From assembly GCA_965207065.1 (NCBI GenBank), contig OZ242260.1:128001-192000 (forward strand): DNA of 64,000 nt, read 5' to 3'. The DNA is from a bacterium (GTDB lineage Bacteria > UBA8248). Made by a program: the position numbers and the translations under genes. The notes beneath the pieces are model-generated. The model was not told where the DNA came from and made no database searches. It saw only the letters and a list, made by a program, of their open reading frames with translations. Shown here piece after piece: positions 9,887-19,951 of the stretch. Every line of letters starts with the position of its first letter. The first letter of the stretch is position 1.

Positions 9887-10654
9887 CTAAGACTCCTCGG
9901 CCAGTTTTTTCATCATCGCCACGTACTTCTCGCCCAGATACGCCTTGATGACCTGCTCGTCGCTCGTGACCTCGCTCGGTAAACCTTCCGCTATCTTCTC
10001 CCCGTGGTGCAGAACGACGACGCGGTCCGAGAGGTCCGTAATCACCTTCATCAAATGCTCGATCACCAAGATGGTCACGCCTTGTTCCCTCACCTTGTGG
10101 ATGAGCGAGATGGCGTTCTCGATCTCCGTCGTGTTGAGCCCTGCATTCACCTCATCAAGCAGCAACACCTCGGGTTCCGTGGCGAGGGACTTTGCAAATT
10201 CCAGGCGTTTTCTCTCGGCGAGCGTAAGCTGGGAGGCGAGTTGCGCGGCCTTATCGCTCAGCCCTACGAAGTCCAGCATTTCATCCGCGAGTTCCTGGGC
10301 GCGCTTCACCTCCTTCTTCGATTTCTGGGAGCCGAACAACGCGCCCATCACCACGTTCTCGCGCACCGCAAGGCCCGCAAAAGGCTGGACTATCTGAAAC
10401 GTCCGTGCGACTCCCATTCGCGTGATGGAGTGGGGTTTCAAGGTTTCGATGCGCTCGCCGTGAAAGAGAATTTCGCCTTCGTTTGCCGGGTCGAGGCCCG
10501 TGATGCAATTCAGAAGCGTCGTCTTACCCGCTCCGTTGGGGCCGATGACGCCCAGGATCTCCCCCTTGCGCACGGTGAAATCCACCGCCGAGACGGCGGT
10601 GAGTCCGCCGAAACGCTTCGTGACGCCCCTGCCCTCTAACAGTGTTTCGCTCAC
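9887..10654 (-). CDS. livG: Liv-type ABC transporter ATP-binding protein
   Basis: KRFGGL, GPNGAGKTT, ARTFQ, LLDEVNAGL; GTG start overlaps the livM stop. Confidence 0.9.
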   Translation of the reverse strand: MSETLLEGRGVTKRFGGLTAVSAVDFTVRKGEILGVIGPNGAGKTTLLNCITGLDPANEGEILFHGERIETLKPHSITRMGVARTFQIVQPFAGLAVRENVVMGALFGSQKSKKEVKRAQELADEMLDFVGLSDKAAQLASQLTLAERKRLEFAKSLATEPEVLLLDEVNAGLNTTEIENAISLIHKVREQGVTILVIEHLMKVITDLSDRVVVLHHGEKIAEGLPSEVTSDEQVIKAYLGEKYVAMMKKLAEES

Positions 10655-11643
10655 ACCTTGAACCTTTGTATGTTGCTCTTGAGAATCAGCCCCAAAGACC
10701 CCCATCCACGGCTCTTCACCTCCTGGGAGAGGGTCATGAGGCCGCGCGGAATGAACAATACGACCAGCACAATGATGATTCCCAAGAACGCGCTGTGGAA
10801 TTCCGTGAACGCCCCCCAGAGGTAATCCGACAGGTATTCCATCATCACCGCGCCTACAAGCGGGCCCATCACCGTTCCCACTCCGCCAAGCATCGACATC
10901 ACGATCGCCTTGATCGAGAACATGACGTCGAAAACATCGATTGGCTCCAGAAACGCGGCGCGATACGCGTACACGCCGCCGCCCATCGCGGGGAAAATGG
11001 ATGACAGCACGAAGGCGATGATCTTGTATTTCGTCGTATCCACGCCCGTCATGGCGGCCGCGTCCTCGTTCTCCCGAATAGCAACGAGTCCATAGCCCAG
11101 GCGGTGTCGTGTGACGAAGTACTGCGTCAAGACTGCCAACACGGCCACCCCGAGCATGGAGAAGTAGAAAAAGCGCGTAAAATAATCCGGCCCGCCCGTA
11201 ATCTGGGGAAGGTTGATGCCGTCCCCTCCGCCGGTGATGCGCAGATTATCCGCCAGTTCACGGAAGAATTCCGCTACACCGAAGGTGGCGATGGCGAAGT
11301 AGTGGCCCCTCAACCTCAATATGGGAACGCCCAGCGCGAGCGCCACGAGAGCGCCCAAACAGGCGCCGATCCCCAGCGTGATGAAGAAATTGAACCCTGC
11401 GTTCATGAGGATGGCCGTCGTGTACGCTCCAAGCCCGAAAAAAGCAGCCGGTGCGAAAGAGGGGTAGCCCGTCAAACCGCCGATGAAATTCCAACTCGTC
11501 GCCAGAATAGCCACCATCAGGATGTCCATCCACTTGCGAATCTCGTCGTTTTCCACGAAAGAGGGCAAGAGTATGAGGGCGAGGACACCCGCTCCTATGC
11601 CGAACCATTGAATGTGGGCCCAAGGCTTGAACATGCTATTCAA
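10651..11643 (-). CDS. livM: Liv-type ABC transporter permease
   Basis: SWNFIGGLTGYPSF, LRLRGHYFAIAT, AIRENEDAA. Confidence 0.9.
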   Translation of the reverse strand: MNSMFKPWAHIQWFGIGAGVLALILLPSFVENDEIRKWMDILMVAILATSWNFIGGLTGYPSFAPAAFFGLGAYTTAILMNAGFNFFITLGIGACLGALVALALGVPILRLRGHYFAIATFGVAEFFRELADNLRITGGGDGINLPQITGGPDYFTRFFYFSMLGVAVLAVLTQYFVTRHRLGYGLVAIRENEDAAAMTGVDTTKYKIIAFVLSSIFPAMGGGVYAYRAAFLEPIDVFDVMFSIKAIVMSMLGGVGTVMGPLVGAVMMEYLSDYLWGAFTEFHSAFLGIIIVLVVLFIPRGLMTLSQEVKSRGWGSLGLILKSNIQRFKV

Positions 11644-12502
11644 ACCCCTTTCTGCCCAGCAAGCCCGATGGCTTGATGAAGAGCACCAGAATCAAGAGCA
11701 CATAGCCGATGGCGTTTTGCAGCCCGGGACCTAGATACAAAGCGCCAAAATTCTCGGCGAGTCCCAGGATCAGCCCCCCCGCCAGCGCACCCGTGATGTT
11801 TCCGAGTCCTCCGATGGTGCAAATGATGAAGGATTTCGAAAGAAACTCCACGTCGCTCACCGGCGATATGGCGAAACCAACGCTCACCAGGGACCCCGAC
11901 GTGGCCGCGGCGGCCGCGCCGATTCCATAAGTGATGGCGTAGATTCTTCCGATGTCGACGCCCATCAGCTGGGCGGAGTCCAAGTCCATCCGCGTCGCGC
12001 GTATGGCCCGGCCCGTGCGCGTGTGCCCCATAAACCAGAAGAGAATACTCGTGAGAACGACACCCAGCACGAAAATGGAAACTCGGACGAACGGTATCGA
12101 AAGACCCATGAGGGGAATGGAAAAACCCGCATAGGAGGGCTGAACCGACCTGAAATCGCCGGTGAAGAAATAAATCGCCAGCCTCACGACGAGCAATTGA
12201 AGGCCGAAGGTGAGAATCAAGGACATGAACATGGGCGCGCGAACGATTTTGTTGATCAGTCCGCGCTGCACAATATAACCGGCGCAGAACATGGTGACGG
12301 CGGAAACAGGAAGAGATAAAAACGGATCCACGCCGTAGAGCTTGAACATCCAAAACGTAACGTAGCCGCCCAGCATTAAAAACGTGCCGTGCATAATGTT
12401 GAGGATGTTCATGACGCCCCAGACGAGCGAGAAGCCGACTGCGATGCAGGCGTATATGCCTCCGAGGAGAATGCTGTTAATCAGAATCTGGGCGTAAACC
12501 AT
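11636..12502 (-). CDS. livH: Liv-type ABC transporter permease
   Basis: GGIYACIAVGFSLVWG, TRTGRAIRA, GGLGNITGA. Confidence 0.9.
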   Translation of the reverse strand: MVYAQILINSILLGGIYACIAVGFSLVWGVMNILNIMHGTFLMLGGYVTFWMFKLYGVDPFLSLPVSAVTMFCAGYIVQRGLINKIVRAPMFMSLILTFGLQLLVVRLAIYFFTGDFRSVQPSYAGFSIPLMGLSIPFVRVSIFVLGVVLTSILFWFMGHTRTGRAIRATRMDLDSAQLMGVDIGRIYAITYGIGAAAAATSGSLVSVGFAISPVSDVEFLSKSFIICTIGGLGNITGALAGGLILGLAENFGALYLGPGLQNAIGYVLLILVLFIKPSGLLGRKGFE

Positions 12503-12523
12503 TTGTCTTACCTGCGGTAGATG

Positions 12524-13579
12524 CTAGGTGATGATTTCCCATTCGCTCGAATACCGATCGAGTTGCGCCGCGCTGTATGGGTCCACGTGATGATCGCGTT
12601 CGGGAATATCGACGTGCTTCTCTTCCCCGCACAAGGCGGTGGTGAAATAGCGCTGTCCCGTGTCGTTGATGTTCGTGACGATGCTGGCGAGCTCGGGATG
12701 CCTTCTGGCCAGCTTGATGGCCGCCGCCACGTTGCAGCCCGAGGAGATGCCGCAAAATATCCCCTCCTCGCGCGCGAGGCGCTGCGCCATTTCAACCGAC
12801 TCATCCGTCGTCGTCGTCACGATGCCCGTGAGTTGCGACAGGTCGAGCGCCTTGGGCACGAAGCCGTCCCCGATGCCTTCGATGCCGTGCGGTCCCCAGC
12901 CCCGCTGGCTCAGGAGCGGACATTCCTGAGGCTCCACGGCGTAGAGCCTCACGTCCGGGTTGTCTTCGCGCAGGAATTTCCCCACGCCGCTCACCCAACC
13001 ACCCGTCCCCTGCGACGCCACGACTGCGTCTACGCGCCCATCCAACTGCTCGAAAATTTCTGGCCCTGTCGTGAGATAATGCGCCTCATTGTTGTCGAGA
13101 TTGTCGAACTGGGCGGGTACCCAGTATTTCTCGGGCGTAGCCGCGCGGATTTCTTCGAGTTTATCGAGCGCGAGATCGACGTCGCTCTCTCCTCCCGGTG
13201 TAAACACCAAATCGGCCCCGTAGGCGCGCATGAGTTTTTTTCGCTCATCGCTCATGCCCTCGGGCATGACGACGATACAGGAGTAACCCTTCACCGCGGC
13301 TACGAACGAACAGGCGATGCCTGCGTTGCCGGTGGAGCATTCGAGCACCGTCATGCCGGCTTTCAAGTCGCCGCGTTCCTCTGCGTTCAGGATCATGTTG
13401 TAGTAGATACGATCCTTGAGGCTCCCCGATGGCGAGTACCACTCGAGCTTCGCGTAGATTTCGGGCTCCACGTCCGCCGCCACCTTGTTCAGGCGGACCA
13501 GAGGCGTACCCCCGATGGCGTCGAAAATGTTTTCGGAATAGCGTCTGTAAGAATCCCAGGCTCTTTTTTGGATGCCCAT
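12524..13579 (-). CDS. PLP-dependent cysteine synthase family protein (paralog 2)
   Basis: IGGTPLVRL, GSLKDR (PLP Lys), STGNAGI, GTGG, IEGIG, GISSG. Confidence 0.9.
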   Translation of the reverse strand: MGIQKRAWDSYRRYSENIFDAIGGTPLVRLNKVAADVEPEIYAKLEWYSPSGSLKDRIYYNMILNAEERGDLKAGMTVLECSTGNAGIACSFVAAVKGYSCIVVMPEGMSDERKKLMRAYGADLVFTPGGESDVDLALDKLEEIRAATPEKYWVPAQFDNLDNNEAHYLTTGPEIFEQLDGRVDAVVASQGTGGWVSGVGKFLREDNPDVRLYAVEPQECPLLSQRGWGPHGIEGIGDGFVPKALDLSQLTGIVTTTTDESVEMAQRLAREEGIFCGISSGCNVAAAIKLARRHPELASIVTNINDTGQRYFTTALCGEEKHVDIPERDHHVDPYSAAQLDRYSSEWEIIT

Positions 13580-13610
13580 CCTTTACACCTTGAAAAGAGG
13601 AGAAAAAACC

Positions 13611-14663
13611 TTATTCGATGATCTCCCATGAAGTTCTGAATTTCTGGAGCATCATCTCCCTGTCTCCTTCGACGACGTCCTGCAGCGCCGCCTCCATGCC
13701 CGATTCGTCATGACAAAGCGGGGTGGAGAAGTAGCGCTGCCCCGAATCCCCGAATATGGTGACGATTCGACCAGTTTCTGGATAGGAGCGCGCGAACTTC
13801 ACCGCCGCCGCCAGGTTACAGCCCGAAGATATCCCGCAGAAAAGGCCCTCCTCGCGCGAGGCACGCCTCGCCATGCGGAGCGACTCTTCGGTCGAGGCGG
13901 TGATGATGCCGTCGATGATGGACAAATCCAGGATGTTGGGAATCAGTCCGTCGCCGATTCCCGCGATACCGTGGCCGCAGCAAATCCCTTCGCTGATCAG
14001 GGGCGATTCCGTCGGCTCCACGCCGTAAATCTTGAGCTTGGGGTTTTTCTCCCTCAAAAACCGCCCTACTCCTGTGAGCCAGCCGCCCGTCCCTACCGCA
14101 GCGATGAGCGCATCCACGCGGCCATCCAACTGCTCCCAGATTTCTGGGCCCGAGGTGGTGTAGTGCGTATCCACGTTGTCCATATTCTCAAATTCGGCGG
14201 GCACCCAGTATCTGTCGGGGTCGCTCGCAGCCATTTCCTTCATGCGCTCTAGGGCGACGTCCACGTCGCTCTCTCCACCCGGCGTCGTAATGAGTTCGGC
14301 TCCAAAGGCGCGAATCATCTTCTTACGCTCGGGACTCATCAACTCCGGCATGACGATGATGCACGCATACCCCCTGACCGCGGCCGCCGCGGCGCAGGCG
14401 ATGCCCGCATTGCCGGATGAGCACTCCAGAATCACCTTGCCTGGGGTCAGCTCCCCCCTCGCCTCTGCGCGGGAAATCATCTGTTCATAGATGCGATCCT
14501 TCAAGCTTCCCGTGGGGGAATACCATTCGATTTTGGCGAAAATCTCAGGCGCAAGCCCCTGTGAGATTCGTCCCAGCCTCACCAGCGGTGTATAACCCAC
14601 GGCGTCGAAAATCGTCTCCGAGACCGAAGCCAGGCTATCCCATGCTATCGATGTCACTTGCAT
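13611..14663 (-). CDS. PLP-dependent cysteine synthase family protein (paralog 1)
   Basis: VGYTPLVRL, GSLKDR, SSGNAGI, GTGG, DSGQRYFST. Confidence 0.9.
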   Translation of the reverse strand: MQVTSIAWDSLASVSETIFDAVGYTPLVRLGRISQGLAPEIFAKIEWYSPTGSLKDRIYEQMISRAEARGELTPGKVILECSSGNAGIACAAAAAVRGYACIIVMPELMSPERKKMIRAFGAELITTPGGESDVDVALERMKEMAASDPDRYWVPAEFENMDNVDTHYTTSGPEIWEQLDGRVDALIAAVGTGGWLTGVGRFLREKNPKLKIYGVEPTESPLISEGICCGHGIAGIGDGLIPNILDLSIIDGIITASTEESLRMARRASREEGLFCGISSGCNLAAAVKFARSYPETGRIVTIFGDSGQRYFSTPLCHDESGMEAALQDVVEGDREMMLQKFRTSWEIIE

Positions 14664-14701
14664 CTTTCTGCTCCCGTGAGGCGGCGCGTTATTTTCTTAT
14701 C

Positions 14702-15658
14702 TTAACCCGCTCTCAAACGAGGGATGATTTCTTTCGCCACGATTTCCACCTGCTCCATCTGGTATTTGTAGGGAACGAAAATGAGCCGGTCGACCCCGGT
14801 GTCGATGTGGGCCTGGAGTTGCGCAACGCACTCATCGACATTCCCCATGACGGCGCTATTGGCCGTGGACTCGCTCCAGGAGGCGTAGTCCCACTCCGTG
14901 TGGAGCCATTCGTTCATCGGCTCCTCGATGTCCGCGCGCGAATCGCCCACCATGATGGGAAGCTGATTTGTGCTCTCAAGCGCGGCGGGATCGCGCCCTG
15001 CCTCTTCCGCGAAGCGGAGAACTTTATTCCAGGATTCCGTAAAACTCTCTGGCGTATAAAAGTAAGTGAGCCAGCCGTCGCCCTTCTCTCCGGCGCGCTT
15101 GAGTACGCGGTCGACGTAGCCCCCGATGAGAATGCTCGGCCTCGGGCTCTGCACCGGCTTGGGGAACATGACGGAATTTCTGAGATTGTACTGGCCATAT
15201 TCGGCGCGCACCATATCCTCGGCCCACAGTCTCGTGATGATCTCGATGTTCTGATCCATGATGTTGCCGCGTTTCTCGAAAGGAACGCCCACCGCGTCGA
15301 ACTCGCGCTTGTACCAGCCCGACGCCATACCGACGATGAGGCGGCCGTTCGAAATCTGATCGATGCTCGATAATTGCTTCGCTACGACGAGCGGGTTCCT
15401 GAGCGGCAGGACGAGCACGCCCGTGCCGAGCTTGATTTTGCTCGTCCGAGCGGCTACCGCCGTCAGAAGCGTCAACGACTCGATGATGGGAAAGTGCGGC
15501 TCCACCCCCAGCAGAATGTGGTCCCACACCCACAGGGATTCGAAGCCCAACTCCTCCATGGCGACGCCGTATTCGATGAGCGCCTCCGCATCGGGGAGTT
15601 CTGGATACGCGGTGAAATTCCGCATGGCGATTCCGTACTTGACGTCTGTTCCTGACAT
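14702..15658 (-). CDS. LLM-class (luciferase-like) flavin/F420-dependent oxidoreductase
   Basis: GFESLWVWDH, IKLGTGVLVLPLRNP, SNGRLIVG, GDGW. Confidence 0.9.
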   Translation of the reverse strand: MSGTDVKYGIAMRNFTAYPELPDAEALIEYGVAMEELGFESLWVWDHILLGVEPHFPIIESLTLLTAVAARTSKIKLGTGVLVLPLRNPLVVAKQLSSIDQISNGRLIVGMASGWYKREFDAVGVPFEKRGNIMDQNIEIITRLWAEDMVRAEYGQYNLRNSVMFPKPVQSPRPSILIGGYVDRVLKRAGEKGDGWLTYFYTPESFTESWNKVLRFAEEAGRDPAALESTNQLPIMVGDSRADIEEPMNEWLHTEWDYASWSESTANSAVMGNVDECVAQLQAHIDTGVDRLIFVPYKYQMEQVEIVAKEIIPRLRAG

Positions 15659-15674
15659 GTCGATTCCCTCGGTC

Positions 15675-16943
15675 TTATTCCGCTCCGCACCAATCCAGAA
15701 TGGAGAGCGCCAGTGTTTTCGTCGCGTCGATCACGTCTTCCACCGCCACCCACTCGTTGTTCGCGTGCATCTGGGTGGTGGGGCCAGGGCCGAAGATCAC
15801 CGTCGGGATGCCGGCAAAACCATTCAAAAAGCGTGTGTCCGCCGCTCCCTGGCGTCCGGATATTTCAGGTGTATTGCCCGATACTTCGTGGTAAGCGCTC
15901 GCCACCGTCTTGACGATCGGGTGTTCAGCGTCCACCGCCGCCGATTCGGCGTAATACCCCACGAATCGCACCTCCGGCGGATGATCCTTCATCCAGGGAT
16001 CATCCCCTGCCGCCTGCGCCACCTGAGCGACCAGGCTCTGCTTGGCCGCATCGTGATCCTCACCCGGCACGGTGGCGAGACTCCCCTTGAGTACGCAGGT
16101 GTCTGGGAATGCGCTCGGGAAACTCCCGGCCTCCATCGAGCCGACCATGCAGGGAATCGCGTCGATGATCTTGGGATACAACGGATGGGATACCGTCTCC
16201 AGACGTTTTTTCTCGAGATCGGCCACCGCCTGAACGATCTTGTAGCCCAGGTCGATGGCGTTGACGCCCTGATATCTCCGCTGGATGCCCGCCGCCTTTC
16301 CGCGTACCAGTATCTCGAACCAGATTCTGCCGATGCAGCCGGGTTGGATGGCGTTCCCGCTCGTCTCGCAGCATATGCCCGCATCCGCCGTATAGCCGCG
16401 CAAAATGGTGTCGAGCGTGCCGTGGCCGCTCAACTCCTCATCCACGACGAAATCGAGAATCACATCGCCCTTGGGCCTGAGCCCCGCCGCCATGAAGCAT
16501 TTGGCCGCCATCATAATGGCCGCCACCCCGCTTTTCATGTCCGAAGCGCCGCGCCCGTACAGACGGCCGTCCTCGATGTCGGCGGAGAGCGGCCCATGCT
16601 CCCATGCGTCATCCGGGCCGTTGGGGACGGTATCGGTGTGGCCGTTCATCAGGAGCGACCTGCCTCCACCCGAGCCCTTGAGGACGGCGACCACGTTCGG
16701 CCTCCCCTCATAGCCCCTCGTGACGGGCACGTATTCGGGGTGTTTTTTAAGCTCCTCCCAGTCCGATTCCCAGACGTCGACTTCCAAGTTCAAATCGCGC
16801 AGGAAATCCGCGATGTAACCTTGAATCTCCTCCTCATCCCCCGTCACGCTCGGTATCTGCACGAGCTTGGCGAGCAGGGCGATTATCTCGTCCTGATGGG
16901 CGTCGACCTGGGCTAGAATTTTTTCTCTGTGCTCGGCGCTCAT
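15675..16943 (-). CDS. M20 family amidohydrolase (ArgE/DapE-like)
   Basis: LMNGHTDTV, LYGRGASDMK, VDEE, MHANNE. Confidence 0.9.
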   Translation of the reverse strand: MSAEHREKILAQVDAHQDEIIALLAKLVQIPSVTGDEEEIQGYIADFLRDLNLEVDVWESDWEELKKHPEYVPVTRGYEGRPNVVAVLKGSGGGRSLLMNGHTDTVPNGPDDAWEHGPLSADIEDGRLYGRGASDMKSGVAAIMMAAKCFMAAGLRPKGDVILDFVVDEELSGHGTLDTILRGYTADAGICCETSGNAIQPGCIGRIWFEILVRGKAAGIQRRYQGVNAIDLGYKIVQAVADLEKKRLETVSHPLYPKIIDAIPCMVGSMEAGSFPSAFPDTCVLKGSLATVPGEDHDAAKQSLVAQVAQAAGDDPWMKDHPPEVRFVGYYAESAAVDAEHPIVKTVASAYHEVSGNTPEISGRQGAADTRFLNGFAGIPTVIFGPGPTTQMHANNEWVAVEDVIDATKTLALSILDWCGAE

Positions 16944-16958
16944 GACGGCTCCATATGG

Positions 16959-17732
16959 TTATGCGGTGTAGATCTTGTCGGGATCCAGATGGCGAAGCGC
17001 GGCCAGTTCCTCTTCCGTGGGCGGCTCTGTGGTTCCCACCGATGAGTCAATGATAAGTTCGAAGCCCGTGTTCTCCTGCGCCTGCTCGGGCGTGACGCCA
17101 GGGTGCAGCGCCTCGACGCGCATCCGGCCCGTGTCGTCGTCGAACCCCAGAATCGCCAGGTCGGTGACCACTCGGTACATGCCGCCGGCTATCAGGCCCG
17201 AATCGCGCCTCGAGGTTCCGCCCCTGATATAGCCGGGACTGGTGATGAAATCCACGCTTTCCACAAAACGGCGCTTTTCCTGCGGCATCGCCACGATCAT
17301 CCTGGTGAGGCTCGAAATGTCGTTCCCCCCGCCCGTGCCGGGCAGCCGCACGGAAGGATCGTCAACGCTTCCGATGAAGGAGCTGTTCAGGTTGCCGTAC
17401 TGATCAATTTGAGCGCCTCCCATGAAGCCCACGTCCACATAGCCGCGCTGGAGCAAGAGCAGCACCTCGGTGATGCTCACCAGCATGTTCGCCTTTCGCG
17501 TACAGCGCTGCTCATTCGTGGTGGGCGGAAGCTGACCGGGCACGACGTGCGGGCCGATGGTGCCACCCTCGAAGAGAATCGTCACGCCCGGGGCATGGAG
17601 ACGCTGGGCCAGCGTGGCGGCCAAAAGCGGAATCCCCACGCCCGCGAAAACCACCTGCCCGTCTTCGAGCGCGCGGGCGCTCATGACGCACAAAAGCTCC
17701 GACGCCGTGAAATCTTTCGTCTCAGTCGTCAT
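16959..17732 (-). CDS. CoA-transferase subunit B (glutaconate/3-oxoadipate CoA-transferase-like)
   Basis: VFAGVGIP, GGAQIDQYGNLN, RLPGTGGGNDI, VDFITSPG. Confidence 0.88.
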   Translation of the reverse strand: MTTETKDFTASELLCVMSARALEDGQVVFAGVGIPLLAATLAQRLHAPGVTILFEGGTIGPHVVPGQLPPTTNEQRCTRKANMLVSITEVLLLLQRGYVDVGFMGGAQIDQYGNLNSSFIGSVDDPSVRLPGTGGGNDISSLTRMIVAMPQEKRRFVESVDFITSPGYIRGGTSRRDSGLIAGGMYRVVTDLAILGFDDDTGRMRVEALHPGVTPEQAQENTGFELIIDSSVGTTEPPTEEELAALRHLDPDKIYTA

Positions 17733-18687
17733 AAATGCTCCTCCCCCTGCGGGCCGCATCCAGCAGCTTCTCCAGGCCGATGAGATTCAGATACTCCGTC
17801 CAGTTCTTCGGTGCGTAGAAGTATTCATCCAGATACGTCTTCACGCCTTCCATCGGCTCTTTCCTCGTGAGTTCCGCATAATAATCCATATGGGAAAACA
17901 AAGGCTCATAGACACCGAAGCACTCATGCGGCGCGCAGCCGTAAGGCGCCTCCACAACGGCGTCGACGGTGAAGAAGGGGATCCTCGTCTGATCGGGCCT
18001 TCTGCGAATCTGATCGTTCGAGATGATGCGCTCGGTGGTGATAATCACCCGGTTCGCCGCCATGGCCATGTCGATATCCATGAAGGTCAGGCCGTCCAGT
18101 TGGGCGTTGCCGTATGGGTCGCACCTTTGCACGTGTATCAGGGCGACGTCGGGGTTCAGGGCCGGGACCAGGAGGATTTTCTCGCCCGTGAACGGACAGG
18201 TCATCTCTTCCAGATTTTCGAGCTGCCCGGCCACGTCCGATCCCATCATCGAGCGCATCGGCATGAACGGAACACCCATGGCGCCCGCCCTGTAGCGCAG
18301 GCCGATGGACATATGGCTCCACTCCTCGAAACGGGCCAGCCTGTTCTCGGTGAAATGCCGCATGACGCGCGAAACACCCCACACGATTCCCTGACTGAAC
18401 CAACTCGTAAGAATGTGATTCCCGACCCCCGATGCGAATATGAGGTCGCCTTCGGTGGAGACGATGCTGCGCGAGAAGGAAAGATTTTTCTTCCTCGCGC
18501 GTATCAGCGCCCATATCATGGCGAAGGGGGTTCTCGAAGCCGTGGAGCCGCCCAGGCTGACGTGTTCGCCGTCGGCCACGAAATCGCAGGCTTCCTCGAG
18601 CGCCATCACCTTGTCTCTCAGACTGCGATCCCGCGACTGGGTTTTTTCCCTGAGCGTAAGATATTCTTGCGTCACAAGTTTCTCCAT
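17722..18687 (-). CDS. CoA-transferase subunit A (glutaconate CoA-transferase-like)
   Basis: RYRAGAMGVPF, CPFTGE, PALNPDVALIHVQRCDPYGN; start uncertain. Confidence 0.88.
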   Translation of the reverse strand: MEKLVTQEYLTLREKTQSRDRSLRDKVMALEEACDFVADGEHVSLGGSTASRTPFAMIWALIRARKKNLSFSRSIVSTEGDLIFASGVGNHILTSWFSQGIVWGVSRVMRHFTENRLARFEEWSHMSIGLRYRAGAMGVPFMPMRSMMGSDVAGQLENLEEMTCPFTGEKILLVPALNPDVALIHVQRCDPYGNAQLDGLTFMDIDMAMAANRVIITTERIISNDQIRRRPDQTRIPFFTVDAVVEAPYGCAPHECFGVYEPLFSHMDYYAELTRKEPMEGVKTYLDEYFYAPKNWTEYLNLIGLEKLLDAARRGRSIYDD

Positions 18688-19001
18688 CACGTCGGGGCGG
18701 GGATTCGCCCCTCGTTCACAATGCGCTGAAACTCTCGTATCGGCAGCCGAAATAATATATGCCCCCGTTTGTAGATTAAACGGAAGGCAGCGGATTCGCA
18801 ATGGGGAAAATTTGAATCACATGTATTGAATAATTTAATGGATATCTTATATAATATTATCGCGTTTTGGAAGATCGTTTTCTTTTATCACCAGTTATTC
18901 GAAAGAAATACGAGAAAACGAGCCCGATGGGCATAGCACCGTACCATCAAAATTCATAATGAAATGAGTAGCATCACGGCAAATGTTTTCACGAGGCATT
19001 C

Positions 19002-19889
19002 ATGTTGAATCTGAGGCAACTCGAATACTTCTACTATGTGGCGAAACACGGTGGCTTCACCCGTGCGTCGAGGCGACTGCCCTTCTCCATCCAGCAGCCC
19101 GCCCTCAGCATCCGGGTGAAAGCGCTGGAAGAAGACCTAAAGGTGAAACTCTACCGGATCGTGGGCCGCAAGTTTCAGTTAACGCCGAGCGGAGAATACC
19201 TCTTCGACGCCATCAAACCTTTTTTCGAGTCCCTCGAGACGGTGGAGCGGCACCTGCGCGGGGAAACGCACGGGAGGCTCGTCATGGCCGAAGCGGCCCC
19301 CATGCTGATCCTGAAGGGTCACCGGGACGCGCTCCTCAAGTTTCGCGAACGCTACCCGAACGTCCAGATTTCCGTGCTGGAACGAAACTGGACAAACCTG
19401 CTCGAACACGTATCGGAGGGAGCGGTCGATTTCGCCTTCGGCTCGGCGCCCGAGGCGCGGGGAAATTTCTCCTTCGAAGAGTGGACGGAGACGGACTATC
19501 TACTCTTTTGTCCCGAGGGGCACGCAGCCCTGAAGGAGGAGGAGATCACTCTCGAAAAGATCGGGGCGCATTCGCTCATCCTGCTGGAACGCGGCACGGC
19601 GGATCGCCAGCACATCGAGCATACCTTCGATAAGCAGGGTTTATCCATCAACGTCGTTTTCGAAACGTCCTCCTACACCCTTATCAACGAAGCCGTTCTG
19701 AACGGGGCGGGCATCGCGGTCGTCAACGCGCTCTGGCCCCGGCCCGAAACTACAACTGGATGGCGAACCGCCAACATATCCCATCTTTTCGGGAAAAAAC
19801 GCATCGGCCTGTTCCGGCGAAACGACGTCTACCTCCCTCCCTACGCCAATGATTACCTCTCCATGCTGAGAGAAACCCTGATGACGTAA
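19002..19889 (+). CDS. LysR-family transcriptional regulator
   Basis: LNLRQLEYF...GFTRASRRL...QPALS helix-turn-helix; divergent from the catabolic operon. Confidence 0.92.
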   Translation: MLNLRQLEYFYYVAKHGGFTRASRRLPFSIQQPALSIRVKALEEDLKVKLYRIVGRKFQLTPSGEYLFDAIKPFFESLETVERHLRGETHGRLVMAEAAPMLILKGHRDALLKFRERYPNVQISVLERNWTNLLEHVSEGAVDFAFGSAPEARGNFSFEEWTETDYLLFCPEGHAALKEEEITLEKIGAHSLILLERGTADRQHIEHTFDKQGLSINVVFETSSYTLINEAVLNGAGIAVVNALWPRPETTTGWRTANISHLFGKKRIGLFRRNDVYLPPYANDYLSMLRETLMT

Positions 19890-19951
19890 CAAATACAATG
19901 CGCCCTCCCTGCGCTTTTGACGCCCCCCTCCCCATTTGACATCATACGCGT

